Source: Alphaproteobacteria bacterium (lineage in GTDB: Bacteria; Pseudomonadota; Alphaproteobacteria; UBA6615). From it: a DNA stretch of 64,000 nucleotides. Positions 9,017 to 18,788 of this stretch are shown one piece after another. The position numbers and the translations under genes were made by a program. The notes under the pieces are model-generated. The model saw only the letters and a program-made list of their open reading frames with translations, did no database searches and was not told the origin of the DNA. The DNA lies in assembly GCA_965261975.1 (NCBI GenBank), contig CBDHEC010000047.1, forward strand, positions 1-64,000. Reading direction: 5' to 3'. Each line of letters opens with the position of its first letter. The first letter of the stretch is position 1.

Positions 9017-9793
9017 ATGCCGGATCCCCGCTACCAGAACCAGTCGGCAGAGCGCAGCTTCGCGATTCTCGAATGCGTGGATGCCGCGGATGGCCCGGTA
9101 CCGCTGGCTGTCATCGTGCGCGAGACCGGCCTCAACCGCGCGACCGTCTTTCGCACCCTCGCCGTGTTGGTCCGGACGGGCTGGATATACAAAAGCGAAA
9201 CCGACAGCACCTATGCGCTTGGCTACAAGGCATTTTCGCTCGGCCGTCGGCGGAACGACCTGGAGACCATCGCCCATCATGCGCGGCCGTTTGTTCGCCG
9301 CCTCTCGGAGGATCTGGCCGAGCCGGTCCAGATGGCCGCGCTGGAGGGTCCGCAGATCGTGATTTTCGACACGATCGGGCCGCCGCCCGCCATCGCCGTC
9401 GGCACACGCCTGGATGCCCATTCGACGAGTGCCGGCAAAGCCATGCTTGCATGGCTGGCACCGGACGAGGTGCGCCAGCTCTACAACCAGGAACCACTTC
9501 CTGCGCGCACCGCCCGGACGATCACCAATGTCGATGCGCTGCTGCGGGAGCTGGCGGTCGTGCGGGTGCAGGGATATGCCGTCGATGACGGTGAGATGGT
9601 TGCCGGACGCGCCGGTGTCGCGGCGGCGATCATGAACCCGTCGGGCCGGCCGGTTGCCGCAATTTTCGTGTCGGGTCCGTTGCCCGGTTTCGATCCGGCG
9701 ACCATTACGCGTTTGGCTGGCCGGCTGGGCGCGACAGCGGCGGAAGTATCCGACTATATTGTCGACCACGATTCACGATCGGACAGCCGTTGA
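9017..9793 (+). CDS. IclR family transcriptional regulator
   Basis: N-terminal HTH (NQSAERSFAILE..GLNRATVFRTL), HSTSAGKAMLA, GYAVDDGE. Confidence 0.92.
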   Translation: MPDPRYQNQSAERSFAILECVDAADGPVPLAVIVRETGLNRATVFRTLAVLVRTGWIYKSETDSTYALGYKAFSLGRRRNDLETIAHHARPFVRRLSEDLAEPVQMAALEGPQIVIFDTIGPPPAIAVGTRLDAHSTSAGKAMLAWLAPDEVRQLYNQEPLPARTARTITNVDALLRELAVVRVQGYAVDDGEMVAGRAGVAAAIMNPSGRPVAAIFVSGPLPGFDPATITRLAGRLGATAAEVSDYIVDHDSRSDSR

Positions 9794-9838
9794 TCGTGCC
9801 ATCCGCGCCACAACGGATTTTTGTACCCGGGGAACAGC

Positions 9839-10897
9839 ATGCCATCACCAATCAAGTTCTATTTCGATTTCGTATCCGCCTACTCCTATGTGGCGATGAA
9901 CCGGATCGAGGCGATCGGCGCGCGTTGGGGCCGTGAAGTCCAGTGGAACTGCGTGCCCCTGCCGGCAATACTGAATCATCACGAAGCCACCTCGCCGCGC
10001 GACCAGCCGGCCAAGTTCGCGCACAACATGAAGGATTTCCCGCGCCTGTGCGAAATGAACGGCTTGCCGGTCACTTTCCCGCCGGAAGTGCCGCCCTATG
10101 GCGCATCACTCCATCGACTGGTGTTCTGGCGTCTGCAGCGCAAGGACCCGCACCTGGCCAAGGATTTTGCGCGCGCTGTCGACCATCGATATTTCGGGAC
10201 CGGCAAGGAAGTGCGCACTGCGCAACAACTCGCCAGCGCCTGTAAGGCCCGCGGCGTGGCGGTGAGCATGAAGGAAATTCAGGCGGCGCAGAATGACGCC
10301 CGCGCGCAGAAGGATCTCGATAATGCTTATCGTCGCGCGCTGAAGGACGGCATGTTCGGGGCGCCGTTCATGCTGCTTGATGGCGAGAGTTTCTGGGGTG
10401 CAGATCGGCTCGACCATCTTGAGTATCGCCTTGAGCAGGCGATCAAGATTCCGCGCGGGTTCGAACCCTTTGAATTCTCCAGCCCGTTCACCTCGAACAA
10501 TGGCCCGCTGTTTGTGAAATGCACCCAGTCGAAGGCGACGTTCGGGTTCCGCGCAGACCATCGCCATTTGAATCCGCGCGATGTGGTCCATGGCGGCTGG
10601 ATGACCAGCTTCGTCGACGTGGCGATGGCCCAGTCGGCCATGTATGAGCTCGGCGTGGTCGGGCTAACGCCGACAATCCATCTGGAAGCAGATTTCCTCG
10701 CACCGATTTATCCCGGCCAGTGGGTCACATGCGATGTGCGTCTGGCGAAGACCACGCGGACCATGAACTTCGTTGAGGGGTCGGTCGTCGCTGATGGAGA
10801 ACCGGTTCTGCGTTGCTCGGCGATCTACCGCAAGCCGCGCGAGGTGAAGGCCCGCATCGGCAAGATCATGTCGCCGACGGACCCGGTCTACAACTGA
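9839..10897 (+). CDS. Fusion of an HCCA isomerase/GST-kappa (DsbA-fold) domain and a PaaI-type hot-dog thioesterase domain
   Basis: N-terminal FYFDFVSAYSY..GMFGAPF..FWGADRL. C-terminal HLNPRDVVHGGWMTSFVD..TIHLEADFL. Confidence 0.85.
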   Translation: MPSPIKFYFDFVSAYSYVAMNRIEAIGARWGREVQWNCVPLPAILNHHEATSPRDQPAKFAHNMKDFPRLCEMNGLPVTFPPEVPPYGASLHRLVFWRLQRKDPHLAKDFARAVDHRYFGTGKEVRTAQQLASACKARGVAVSMKEIQAAQNDARAQKDLDNAYRRALKDGMFGAPFMLLDGESFWGADRLDHLEYRLEQAIKIPRGFEPFEFSSPFTSNNGPLFVKCTQSKATFGFRADHRHLNPRDVVHGGWMTSFVDVAMAQSAMYELGVVGLTPTIHLEADFLAPIYPGQWVTCDVRLAKTTRTMNFVEGSVVADGEPVLRCSAIYRKPREVKARIGKIMSPTDPVYN

Positions 10898-10916
10898 TCG
10901 ACCGGCTGTCGTCGGT

Positions 10917-12110
10917 CTATCCGTTGCCGACAAATGTCTGAAAGATGTCGTCGAATTTCCGGTGGGTGTCGGCAAAGGCCTCGATGAGGGCCGGATCGAA
11001 ATGCCCCCCCGAATCGATGCGTTCGTCGCCGTGTAGAATGATGTCGCGCGCGCGCGCGTGGTCCAAACCCGGTTTGTAGGGCCGTTCCGAGCGCAGGGCG
11101 TCATAAATATCCGCCATCTGGACAATCCGGGCCGACAGCGGGATTTCGTCCTCCCGCTTGCCGGACGGGTAGCCGCTGCCATCCCATTTTTCGTGATGGT
11201 TGAGGGCGATGTCGGCGGCCATGGCCAGGCGCGGCGAACGGCTCAGTATGCGTTGGCCGTAGATCGTGTGGTTGTCCATTTCGCGCCGCTCGTCCGCCGT
11301 CAGCGCGCCCGTCTTGCGCAGGACCGCCGGCGCTACACCCATCTTGCCGACATCATGAAGCTGAGCCGAGTAGCGCAGTTCCCGGCAATAGTCGGCCTCC
11401 ATGCCCAGGGTGCTTGCCAGGAAATGGCTGTATTCGTTGACCCGGACCACGTGGTTGCCGGTTCCTTCGTCATAGATCTCCGCTGCCCGCGCGAGAAGTG
11501 AGATGGCCATTCGGAATGCCTCTTCGCCGTCATCGTCGAGACGCGCCAGTTCCTCCGCCTGATCGCGCAGCCGTTCGTTTCGCTCCTGTTTGTCCGTGTC
11601 GATGTTGCCGATTTGCTCGAGGGTGTCGGCGTGGTCCAGCGCGGCGCCAACCAGACGGTTGAACCGCACCAGCAGTCCGAGATGTTCGTCGGCAAACCGG
11701 CGCCCGGTTCCGGCATCGTTGGCGAGTGTGACGACGCCGATGATTTCGCCGGCGTGATTGGACAGCGCACCCACGGCAATGCCATGGCATGCGTCGATCA
11801 CCGGTTCGAAGGGCACCTGGGTGGCCTCGATCGGCGCGTCGGCGAACTTCAGGGTTTCTCCGGTTCGCACGACATGGGTCACGATCGACGGGTGCTCGAG
11901 AGGGATCGACTCGCCGCGCGGCGTCGTGTCGGGATGGGCGGCTGCACATTCCAGCAACCGGGCGCCGTTTTCGTGACGCAGGAGATAAAGCGCCCCCGCA
12001 TCTGCGCCCATAAGCTCGCGTGCCTGACGCAGGGCCTTGCCGGCAAGCTCGCGTGCGGATTGACCCGGGTGATGGTCGAGCAATTCACTAAACGAAAGTC
12101 GTTCGGTCAT
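10917..12110 (-). CDS. GAF + HD-GYP domain phosphodiesterase
   Basis: GAF-like N-terminus, a coiled coil, then HDVGK, HHEKWDGSGYP and ADIYDALRSERPYK. Start uncertain (12110 or 12122). Confidence 0.9.
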   Translation of the reverse strand: MTERLSFSELLDHHPGQSARELAGKALRQARELMGADAGALYLLRHENGARLLECAAAHPDTTPRGESIPLEHPSIVTHVVRTGETLKFADAPIEATQVPFEPVIDACHGIAVGALSNHAGEIIGVVTLANDAGTGRRFADEHLGLLVRFNRLVGAALDHADTLEQIGNIDTDKQERNERLRDQAEELARLDDDGEEAFRMAISLLARAAEIYDEGTGNHVVRVNEYSHFLASTLGMEADYCRELRYSAQLHDVGKMGVAPAVLRKTGALTADERREMDNHTIYGQRILSRSPRLAMAADIALNHHEKWDGSGYPSGKREDEIPLSARIVQMADIYDALRSERPYKPGLDHARARDIILHGDERIDSGGHFDPALIEAFADTHRKFDDIFQTFVGNG

Positions 12111-12199
12111 CGCAGGCTGCATAACGGTTCGTGAAAGGGAGATGTCCCCGATGCAGAGCATAGCGGCGTGTGGTGAACACAAGGTTACCGCATGGTGGT

Positions 12200-12964
12200 T
12201 CAGACGATTTCGATTCCGGCGCGCCGGGTGAGATCATTGAACTGCACCTGATTGTGGACACCCGCCAGGTCGGCCGGCGCTTCGCGAACAAGCCAGGCCA
12301 GGACCTTGGCCGGTCGCTCGGGCGGCTGGCCCTGGTCCGGTGTGAGGGCGGCCGCGCGGAACACCGGGTTGGCATAGATGTCATTGACCATGTCGGTCTG
12401 GGTGAAGCCGGGCGACAGGGCGAAGATCTTCACCGCGCTGTCTTCCAGGTCATAGCGCAGACATTGGGTCATGGACAGCAATGCGGCCTTCGACGAGCAG
12501 TAGGCGGCATAGAAGCGGTCCGGGATGAAGGCCCGGGCGCTCGTGATGTTGACGATGATGCCTTCATCACGATCGGTCATGGACGGCAGGGCCGCCGAGA
12601 TCATGTTGTACGGCCCCATCACGTTGATCTTGAGGACGTCGAGATAGGCGTCGGGCGGTACGTCTGCGACCGACCCCATCAGGCCGGTACCCGCATTGTT
12701 GATCAGCACGTCGATCCGGCCATGTTCGTCCAGGACGCCGTCGACGAAGGACTTTGCGGCGTCGAAGTCCGCGACCTCGAACCCGTGGGTCTCCGCCGTG
12801 GCGCCCAGCGTCTCGACCGCCGCCTTGGTCTCGGCGCAGGCCTCTGCGCTGCGCGCGCACAGCACCAGATGGGCGCCGTCGGTGGCGAGCTCGCGCGCCG
12901 CGGCTGCGCCGATACCTCGGCTGGCGCCGGTGAGTATGATTACCTTGTCCTTCAAACTGGCCAT
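12200..12964 (-). CDS. SDR family oxidoreductase
   Basis: TGASRGIG, NNAG, YCSSK. Confidence 0.92.
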   Translation of the reverse strand: MASLKDKVIILTGASRGIGAAAARELATDGAHLVLCARSAEACAETKAAVETLGATAETHGFEVADFDAAKSFVDGVLDEHGRIDVLINNAGTGLMGSVADVPPDAYLDVLKINVMGPYNMISAALPSMTDRDEGIIVNITSARAFIPDRFYAAYCSSKAALLSMTQCLRYDLEDSAVKIFALSPGFTQTDMVNDIYANPVFRAAALTPDQGQPPERPAKVLAWLVREAPADLAGVHNQVQFNDLTRRAGIEIV

Positions 12965-13012
12965 GATTTCCCCCGTTTTGCCTGTTGCCGGAATTCTGAC
13001 CTGCCTTGGCGC

Positions 13013-13046
13013 AAAAGAAAACGCCCGGGCACGGGCCCGGGCGTTT
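13013..13046 (-). terminator. Rho-independent terminator after yccA
   Basis: AAACGCCCGGGC-N4-GCCCGGGCGTTT stem followed by a T-rich tail on the minus strand. Confidence 0.8.
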
Positions 13047-13069
13047 GCCGTCACTTATGAAACGCTGTT

Positions 13070-13816
13070 CTAGTCGCGCTGGCCGAACAGGTGCAGCAGC
13101 ATGATGAACAGGTTGATGAAATCGAGATAGAGCCGGAGCGCCCCCATGATCGCCTTCTTGCCGGCGACCTCGGAGTTGTCGAGCTCGTTATACATCTCCT
13201 TGATCTTCTGGGTGTCGTAGGCGGTCAGGCCGACGAAGATGATCACGCCGAGCACCGAGACGATAAACTGGATCATCGTCGACCCGATGAAGATGTTCAC
13301 GATACTCGCGAGGATGATGCCGATCAGGCCCATGAACAGGAAATTGCCCACGCCCGTCAGGTCGCGCTTCGTCGTGTAGCCATAGAGGCTCATCGCGGCG
13401 AAGGTTGCGGCGGTGATGAAGAACACCCGCGCGATGCTGGCGCCCGTGAACTGCAGGAATATGTGGCTGAGCGAGAGACCCATCACACCGGCGAACAGCC
13501 AGAAGACGAGTTGTGCGGTCGAGGCTTTCATGCGGTGAATGCCGAAAGACAGCACCATCACGAAGGCCAGCGGCGACAGCATGGCGATCCATGCCAGCGG
13601 CGTCGAGACGATCTGACCCTGGGGGCCGGCCTGGTAGAACAGCTGCAGCAAGGCCGGCGTGTTCGCGACCAGATAGGCGATGATGCCCGTCAGCGCGAGG
13701 CCGGTCGTCATGTAGTTGTAGACCCGCAGCATGTAGGACCGGAGGCCCTCATCGATCTGCGCATCGGCGGTGGCGCGGCCCTGAATGACCGTTCCGCGGT
13801 CGAATTGATTAGCCAT
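13070..13816 (-). CDS. yccA: Bax inhibitor-1/YccA family membrane protein
   Basis: DEGLRSYMLRVYNYM, GLTAYDTQKIK, GALRLYLDFINLF. Confidence 0.95.
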   Translation of the reverse strand: MANQFDRGTVIQGRATADAQIDEGLRSYMLRVYNYMTTGLALTGIIAYLVANTPALLQLFYQAGPQGQIVSTPLAWIAMLSPLAFVMVLSFGIHRMKASTAQLVFWLFAGVMGLSLSHIFLQFTGASIARVFFITAATFAAMSLYGYTTKRDLTGVGNFLFMGLIGIILASIVNIFIGSTMIQFIVSVLGVIIFVGLTAYDTQKIKEMYNELDNSEVAGKKAIMGALRLYLDFINLFIMLLHLFGQRD

Positions 13817-13871
13817 GGTTTCGTGACCCTCCCAAGGGTTCCCTGTCATGCGAAAATGTTAGCTGCGAGGA

Positions 13872-13900
13872 ATATGGGGCGTCCACGAACGAAATTCAAC
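13872..13900 (-). promoter_or_regulatory. Putative RpoH (sigma32) promoter of yccA
   Basis: Minus strand reads GTTGAA-N15-CCCCATAT, close to the sigma32 consensus CTTGAA..CCCCATNT. Confidence 0.6.
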
Positions 13901-13958
13901 CGTGGGGCCGTTGGATTTTCCCTGATGACTTACAAACTAAGTCATTGATTTCAAAAGT

Positions 13959-14747
13959 TTACGCAGGAGCGCCTGTGCGTCGGTGCAGCAGTGTATGGAC
14001 CATGAGGCCTATGGCGACGGCCGTCGCCAGCACACCCAGGACCATGACGGCATTCGGCGGTGCGACGGGGATGATTGCGACCGCGAGTGCCGCCCGAACC
14101 ACCAAGTCTGCCCCGACCCGCCAGATAACGTGATACGGGTTGTGACGTCCTGCCTGCAGTCCTGCGTCGGCGAAGCCGAGCACGCCGGCCGCGAGGATCC
14201 ACGCCCCCGCGAGTCCCAGTCGCCAGACAAGCAATGACAGCGCCAGGACCAGCAGCGCTCCTGCCATGGCCCCCAGTTTCTCGCTGAATCCACTGGTGGA
14301 ATAGGTGATGCGGGCGAGCCAGCCATCGACCGCTCCGAGACCCGCGGCCGCGAGGCCCATCAAGGCGACGGACCAGAGAAGCGGGTCGGGCGGGCTTCCG
14401 GCGGGGATGACCGCGAGCCCTCCCAGCAAACATGTCATGGCCACCCGGGCCACGGTGAAGCGTGTACCGGCAGTTGCGGGGCCATCTGCAGTACGTGGTG
14501 TCAGTGCCGCGAAGGCTATCAACAGCGCGAGCAGCCCCATGCCGGCGATGGGGGGTGCGGAACCGAGTTCGAAGGCCAGGGCAAACAGGGCCGAAATGGC
14601 GATGGTGACGAAGATGGTCAGCGGCAGGTGTCCCATCCGCATGGTGTGCACCTTGGGCGGGTGAAGGGTGGGCTTCAGTCCCTCCTGGAACGGTGCTTCG
14701 GGCGGGGTGGCGGGGGGCCTGTGGGTCTTGTTCGGTTCGTCGTTCAC
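13959..14747 (-). CDS. CDP-alcohol phosphatidyltransferase-like membrane protein with a degenerate motif
   Basis: DGWLAR core in a multi-TM protein. The other signature aspartates are replaced. Confidence 0.7.
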   Translation of the reverse strand: MNDEPNKTHRPPATPPEAPFQEGLKPTLHPPKVHTMRMGHLPLTIFVTIAISALFALAFELGSAPPIAGMGLLALLIAFAALTPRTADGPATAGTRFTVARVAMTCLLGGLAVIPAGSPPDPLLWSVALMGLAAAGLGAVDGWLARITYSTSGFSEKLGAMAGALLVLALSLLVWRLGLAGAWILAAGVLGFADAGLQAGRHNPYHVIWRVGADLVVRAALAVAIIPVAPPNAVMVLGVLATAVAIGLMVHTLLHRRTGAPA

Positions 14748-14774
14748 GCCGGATCCTGTGGTCTGGGGAATATG

Positions 14775-17336
14775 TTACTCGTTTCGCAGCCAGGGTGCGG
14801 CCGACTGCCCCATTGCCCGCCATGTGCCGACCAGTCCGGCCGCAATGGTGATCAGGGTGCCGATCACGGCAGTGACGATGACCGCAACCGGCTCGGGCGT
14901 CCAGTCAATCCCGAGCAGCCATGTCACGACGGCCCAGCCTGTCACGCTGCCGACGATAGCCGCGATCATCGCGGTCACGAGACCGAGTAACCCGTACTCC
15001 AGAATGTAGGCGATGACGATGTCACGCCGCGTGGCGCCAAGCACCTTGAGGACCACGCTGTCGAATATGCGCCGGCGCCGGCCCGCGGCGATTGCACCGG
15101 CGAGAACCAGCACACCCGAGACCAGGGTAATCAATGTCGTCAGCCGTACAGCGGCGCCCACATTGCCGACGAGCGCGGCCACGGTCTCGATGGCGGCACG
15201 CACCCTGATCGACGTGATGTTCGCAAACCTGTCGGTGACATCACGTTCCAGCGGATCTTCGGCCGCCGCGTCGGCATGGACGATGGCGATATGCATGCGC
15301 GGCGCGGATTCGAGAATCCCCGGTGAGAACACCATCACGAAATTGATCGCCAGGCGCTGCCAGTCGATTTGGCGTGTGTTGGCGATGGTTGCGGTGAAGG
15401 CGCGACCCAGCACATTGACGGTGATCGTGTCGCCGATATCGACGCCGAGCCCGGTCGCGACCTCGTCATCGATGCTGACCAGCATGTCGCCGCGGTAGTC
15501 GGCCGGCCACCATTCACCCGCGATAATGGGGTTGTGGACGGGGGCTTCGGCCGCCCAGGTGATGCCGCGGTCGCCGCGCAAGACCCAGCGCGTATCGGGA
15601 GCCACTGCGGCGTCGGCGGCGGGCACGCCGTTGATGGCGGTAATGCGGCCGCGCAGCATCGGGACCTGCTCGCTGCGTTCGACGCCCGGGACATCGGCCA
15701 CCAGGGCCTCGAAAGGTTCGACTTGCTGCGGCTGGATATCGACGAAGAAGAAGGCGGGCGCGTCACGGGGGAGCTCGTCGGAAATCTGGCGGGACAAGTT
15801 GCCTTCGATCGTGGCCACGGTGATCAGCATCGACAGGCCCAGGCCGAGGGACAGGACGACCGATGCCGTCGCGGCACCGGGGCGATGCAGACCGGCCAGG
15901 GCGAGCCGGACCGCCGGGCGTTTTATTCCTTTGATGCGCGTGGCGACCATGGCTATTCCGGCAGCCGCGAGACGGAATGCGATTATCGCCCCGATGGACC
16001 CGGCCACAAACCAGGCGGCGAAACCCGCATCGGATGCGGTGGCGATCGCGAGTGCCGCCAACGCGATGGCAAGCATTGCGGTCGCGATGATGTAGGCCGG
16101 CCGCGGGTAGCCTCGCGTTGGCGAAACGACGGCGCGGAACAACCCGGCGGGCGGAATTTCACCGGCCCGTGCCACCGACCAGACCGAGAAGACCAACGCC
16201 GTAAGGAACCCGAACAGGGCGGCGACCGCGAGCGGCAGGGGGAACAGGCCCGTCGCGACGCGGATGGGAACAACGGATGCCAGCGCGTCGGCGGCGAGCA
16301 GGGGCAAAGCGGCCCCGAACACAAGGCCGATACCGATTCCCCCCATGGCGAGAGCCATCACCTGAAGCAGGTAGACCCGGAAGATCAGTGCCCGTGGCGC
16401 GCCGATACATTTAAGGGTTGCGATGGTTTTTGTCTTGCCGTCGAGCCAGGCGCGGACCGCATTGGCAACGTCGACCCCGCCGATCAGCAATGCCGTCAGG
16501 CCGACGAAAGACAGGAAAAGCGTGACCCGGCCGATCAGCCGGCTGAGACGGGGCGATGATTCATCGAGGGTTCGGATGCGCCAGCCGGCATCGGGAAACG
16601 CGGTGTTGATCCCTGCGATGAACGCCGCCGGCGTGGTTTCGTCGGGCAGCCTGACCCGATAATTGTAGTGAATGAGGCTGCCGGGCTGGACCAGGGCCGT
16701 GTCCGACAGCGCGGCGTTGTCGATCAACACCCGCGGTCCCAGTGAGAACAGGCCCGATCCACCGACCCGATCTGGCTCATGCAGAATGGTGGCGCGGACC
16801 TCGAAACTGGTCTCGCCGATCTGCACCGGGTCACCGATTGATATGCCCAGCTTGTCGATCAGCTCGGGCGCGATGGCGACGCCCCACCGCCCGTTGCGTT
16901 GCCCCAGCATCTCGACCAGCGGCAGGCTGGGCTCGGTCTCCAGGGTTCCGTAGAGCGGGTAGGTTGCCTCGACGGTTTTGAGTTCGATCAACGAGCGCGC
17001 GCCGCTGTTCGATATGTCGCCGGTGCGAATCATGGCGCGCATCTCGGCGCTGCCGGCCAGTGTTCCGGCTTCGACCAAAGCTGCGCGTTCATCGGCGGTT
17101 GCGGGTCGGTGCACGATGTCGACGAGCACGTCGCCACCGAGAATTTCGCGCGCGTCGGCGCTGATGCTTTCTTCCAGCATGGCGCGTGTCGACCCGACGG
17201 CGGCGATCGCCGCCACGCCGAGCGCGAGACAGGCGAGGAATATCCGGAAACTGCGCAGGCTCCCGCGCAACTCGCGGCGCGCCAGCTTTACTGCCAACGG
17301 CCAGGTGGTGTCATTGGTAACGGGGTGGTTGCTCAC
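14775..17336 (-). CDS. ybbP: ABC transporter permease, YbbP-like (FtsX/MacB type)
   Basis: LARRELRG..FLACLALGVAAIAAVGS, PAFFFVDIQ, LKVLGATR. GTGA overlap with the ATPase gene. Confidence 0.92.
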   Translation of the reverse strand: MSNHPVTNDTTWPLAVKLARRELRGSLRSFRIFLACLALGVAAIAAVGSTRAMLEESISADAREILGGDVLVDIVHRPATADERAALVEAGTLAGSAEMRAMIRTGDISNSGARSLIELKTVEATYPLYGTLETEPSLPLVEMLGQRNGRWGVAIAPELIDKLGISIGDPVQIGETSFEVRATILHEPDRVGGSGLFSLGPRVLIDNAALSDTALVQPGSLIHYNYRVRLPDETTPAAFIAGINTAFPDAGWRIRTLDESSPRLSRLIGRVTLFLSFVGLTALLIGGVDVANAVRAWLDGKTKTIATLKCIGAPRALIFRVYLLQVMALAMGGIGIGLVFGAALPLLAADALASVVPIRVATGLFPLPLAVAALFGFLTALVFSVWSVARAGEIPPAGLFRAVVSPTRGYPRPAYIIATAMLAIALAALAIATASDAGFAAWFVAGSIGAIIAFRLAAAGIAMVATRIKGIKRPAVRLALAGLHRPGAATASVVLSLGLGLSMLITVATIEGNLSRQISDELPRDAPAFFFVDIQPQQVEPFEALVADVPGVERSEQVPMLRGRITAINGVPAADAAVAPDTRWVLRGDRGITWAAEAPVHNPIIAGEWWPADYRGDMLVSIDDEVATGLGVDIGDTITVNVLGRAFTATIANTRQIDWQRLAINFVMVFSPGILESAPRMHIAIVHADAAAEDPLERDVTDRFANITSIRVRAAIETVAALVGNVGAAVRLTTLITLVSGVLVLAGAIAAGRRRRIFDSVVLKVLGATRRDIVIAYILEYGLLGLVTAMIAAIVGSVTGWAVVTWLLGIDWTPEPVAVIVTAVIGTLITIAAGLVGTWRAMGQSAAPWLRNE

Positions 17337-18064
17337 CCGGGAGCACCGTGATCTGAGATTTGTCCGTCGCGGAGGTGGACCACCCGCGCACATCGCGCCG
17401 CGATCGCCGGATCGTGGGTGATGAGCACCAGTGTCGTGTCGTGCTGCGCAGAAAGGTCGAAGAGGGTCTCGATGATGCTGGCACCGGTCTCGCCGTCGAG
17501 ATTGCCGGTGGGCTCGTCGGCCAGCAGGAGCCTCGGTTGAGGTGCGAAGGCGCGTGCGATGGCCACGCGCTGCTGCTCACCGCCCGATAGCTGTGAGGGG
17601 TAATGATCGAGACGGTGGCCGAGGCCGACGGTTTCCAGGCTTTCGCGTGCCACGCCGAAGGCATCGGCGCTGCCGGCGAATTCGAGGGGCACCGCGACAT
17701 TCTCCAATGCGGTCATCGTCGGGATCAGATGAAAGGCTTGGAACACGATCCCCATATTTGCCCGGCGAAACCGGGCGAGCGCATCCTCGTCGAGTGCGGC
17801 CAGGTCCTGGCCGGCCACCGCGACGGTCCCGCCGGTCAGCCGCTCGAGCCCGGCGATCACCATCATCATGGTAGACTTGCCCGAACCCGACGGGCCGACG
17901 ACGCCGACGCTCTCGCCGGCGGTGACCGACAAATCGATTCCGCGCAGGATGTTGACGTTGCCGCCCGCACTCGCCAAATGAAGTTCGGCATCGTCGAGCG
18001 CGATCATCGTTGCCGCATCCATGCCATGCTGTGTGGCAGGGCCCGTGCCGGGCTGATCTTTCAT
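17333..18064 (-). CDS. ybbA: ABC transporter ATP-binding protein, YbbA-like
   Basis: GPSGSGKS, LSGGEQQRVAIARA, LLLADEPTGNLD. Start uncertain. Confidence 0.93.
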   Translation of the reverse strand: MKDQPGTGPATQHGMDAATMIALDDAELHLASAGGNVNILRGIDLSVTAGESVGVVGPSGSGKSTMMMVIAGLERLTGGTVAVAGQDLAALDEDALARFRRANMGIVFQAFHLIPTMTALENVAVPLEFAGSADAFGVARESLETVGLGHRLDHYPSQLSGGEQQRVAIARAFAPQPRLLLADEPTGNLDGETGASIIETLFDLSAQHDTTLVLITHDPAIAARCARVVHLRDGQISDHGAPG

Positions 18065-18083
18065 AATGGTTCGCCTTCGACCG

Positions 18084-18788
18084 ATGACATCTGATCTGCT
18101 TTCTACATATGGCGGCGCGCTACGGATCATCAATGCCGGAGCGATACAGCGTCTGTGTGTCTTACCGGCGTTCTTCTGCCTTTTGCTGATCCTATCGGTA
18201 TGGCCCGCCGGGGCCAGTGACAAGCCGGTGATCGTCGCCTTCGGGGACAGCCTTTCAGCGGGATATGGCCTCGACGAGGCCGATTCCTTTCCCGTGCGTC
18301 TCGAGGTGGCGTTGCGGGCGGGCGGCGTCGACGCACGGGTCGTTAATTCAGGTGTGTCCGGCGATACGACCGCCGGTGGTCTCGCGCGGCTCGACTGGTC
18401 GTTGCCCGACCGTGTCGATCTGGTGATCCTGGAACTGGGTGCGAATGACGGATTGCGTGGCGTCGACCCGGCGGAGACCGAGGCCAATCTCGACGCGATC
18501 CTCGAAAAACTTTCGTCGCGCGGCATTCCGGTGCTGTTTGCCGGCATGCTGGCGCCGCCAAATCTCGGCCGCGAATACGCCGATGCATTCGACGCGGTCT
18601 TCCCGCGCCTCGCGGCCCGTCATGATGTCGTGTTCTATCCCTTCTTCCTCGAAGGGGTCGCGGCGGAGCGATCCCTCAATCAGCCCGATGGCATTCATCC
18701 GAACGCCGCCGGGGTCGACCGGATCGTCACGCAACTGCGGCCTTTCGTGTTGCGCGCCTTGGCCCGGGAGGCGGGGGCCGCGCAATGA
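18084..18788 (+). CDS. tesA: Arylesterase / acyl-CoA thioesterase I (SGNH hydrolase)
   Basis: FGDSLSAG, GVSGDTTAGG, ELGAND, DGIHPN. Divergent from ybbA. Confidence 0.92.
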   Translation: MTSDLLSTYGGALRIINAGAIQRLCVLPAFFCLLLILSVWPAGASDKPVIVAFGDSLSAGYGLDEADSFPVRLEVALRAGGVDARVVNSGVSGDTTAGGLARLDWSLPDRVDLVILELGANDGLRGVDPAETEANLDAILEKLSSRGIPVLFAGMLAPPNLGREYADAFDAVFPRLAARHDVVFYPFFLEGVAAERSLNQPDGIHPNAAGVDRIVTQLRPFVLRALAREAGAAQ

